Part shown: positions 62,965 through 64,000 of the stretch, one piece after another
Position numbering within the stretch: the stretch's first letter is position 1
Layout: the number at the start of each line of letters is the position of its first letter
Assembly (NCBI GenBank): GCA_015680685.1
Contig: MNCI01003467.1
Span: 186,001-250,000 of the forward strand
DNA length: 64,000 bases
Origin: Gnetum montanum
Lineage: Eukaryota; Plantae; Gnetophyta
Direction: 5' to 3'
Notes under the pieces: generated by a model
The model's database searches: none
Told to the model about the DNA's origin: nothing
What the model saw: only the letters and a program-made list of their open reading frames with translations
Made by a program: the position numbers and the translations under genes

Positions 62965-63590
62965 AGGATCCATTGGAATAACAAGAACCATAAGCAAATA
63001 TAGAAAAGACTGAAGCACAAAACTCAACGATGCTCTCTAGGCCTACTACTCAACATGGAAACTACGTATTGACTACTCTCCCTACAAGCTAGTGTATGGA
63101 AAACTTTCAAGGCTCCCAATTCAATTCAAGCTCTGTACATTCTTAATAGCCTATGAACTAAACTTTGACCTAAGTCTAGCACAAAAAGAAAGATTGATCA
63201 ACTTGAATGTGCTATAAGAAAACTGATTAGTGGTCCTATCTTTGAATGAAGTGCACAAGACATTCAACAAGCACTGATATGACCTAAGAATTTATAAATT
63301 AAAATTTCAACTAGAAGATAAGGTTCTCTACTGGAACCCCACACATGTACCCCAGAAAACAAAGTTCCAAAAGTTGTGGAAGGGACCTTATATAATTGAT
63401 AAAACCTTTTCATCTAGGGCCATGACCATATACAAACTTAAGAGCCCAAATAAAAATTAGTTCATTAACATCCAATAAGTGAACCTTTTCTATGAGTCCA
63501 AGCAAGCCAGTGCAATAGATACCTCAATAGATAGACAACCATCCTCAATTTTTCAAATCTTCTCCTTCCATCTTAATTATGGGGGAGATG
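62965..63590 (+). pseudogene. pol: Element I: C-terminal half of an Athila-like integrase, opposite in orientation to F2
   Basis: KD*STKLNDAL*AYYSTWKLRIDYSPYKLVYGK..LWKGPYII, then tatgggggag, similar to F2 catgggggtg at ~57160. Confidence 0.88.
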
Positions 63591-64000
63591 TCCATCCATG
63601 CTAATCATCCATGTGGCTCCTCAATTTTTATATTTTTTTTGTTTTACACATTTTTATTTTTATAGTTGTTTATTTTACCTTTTTTTATTTTAAAACTTCT
63701 TCCTATTTTACACCATTTTTTGTTTTACACCATAATTAATATGTTTGAATCTTTCTTGAATATTTTACATTTTCTTATATATTTTACTTTGTTGGTTTGA
63801 GTATGATTTTCAAGTTTTTACTAATAAATTTTCTTGGTGCCAATAGGAAACAATGGTGTTATAGCTATTACTAATGATGGTTTGTGTTTAATGTTTTGTT
63901 TCTATTTTTGAATTTTTGTACTATTGGCTTAGTCATGGTTTCTTTTTCATGAAACAAGCAGTGAGTTCATGACATCCACCCATCCACAAACTCTATGGTT

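Overview
This window is plant-type, CpG-depleted repeat DNA. I found no intact host gene, RNA gene or CRISPR array, and most short ORFs in the supplied track are fragments of decayed retroelement frames. It reads as a stack of nested LTR retrotransposons. Four diverged Tat/Ogre-like copies (A, B, C, D) carry the same Gag-protease ORF, which ends at a shared C-terminal motif with no RT, RNase H or integrase after it. Each also carries all or part of an antisense, intron-containing gene. The two near-complete copies (B, C) share about 7 exons encoding an FCP1/NIF-like HAD phosphatase-fold domain with a non-canonical first motif, a plant-transposon-like domain and a coiled coil. Nesting: B (11229-28821, -, TSD CCTAT) sits in the gag of D (8210-36764, +), which sits in the gag of C. 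A sits in the 5' UTR of C. C is also interrupted by a TG..CA insertion (G), a probable solo LTR (H) holding a truncated element (E), and decayed Athila-like elements (F1, F2, I) from 51566 to the end. All coordinates, translations and similarity estimates were read by eye and need confirming by alignment.
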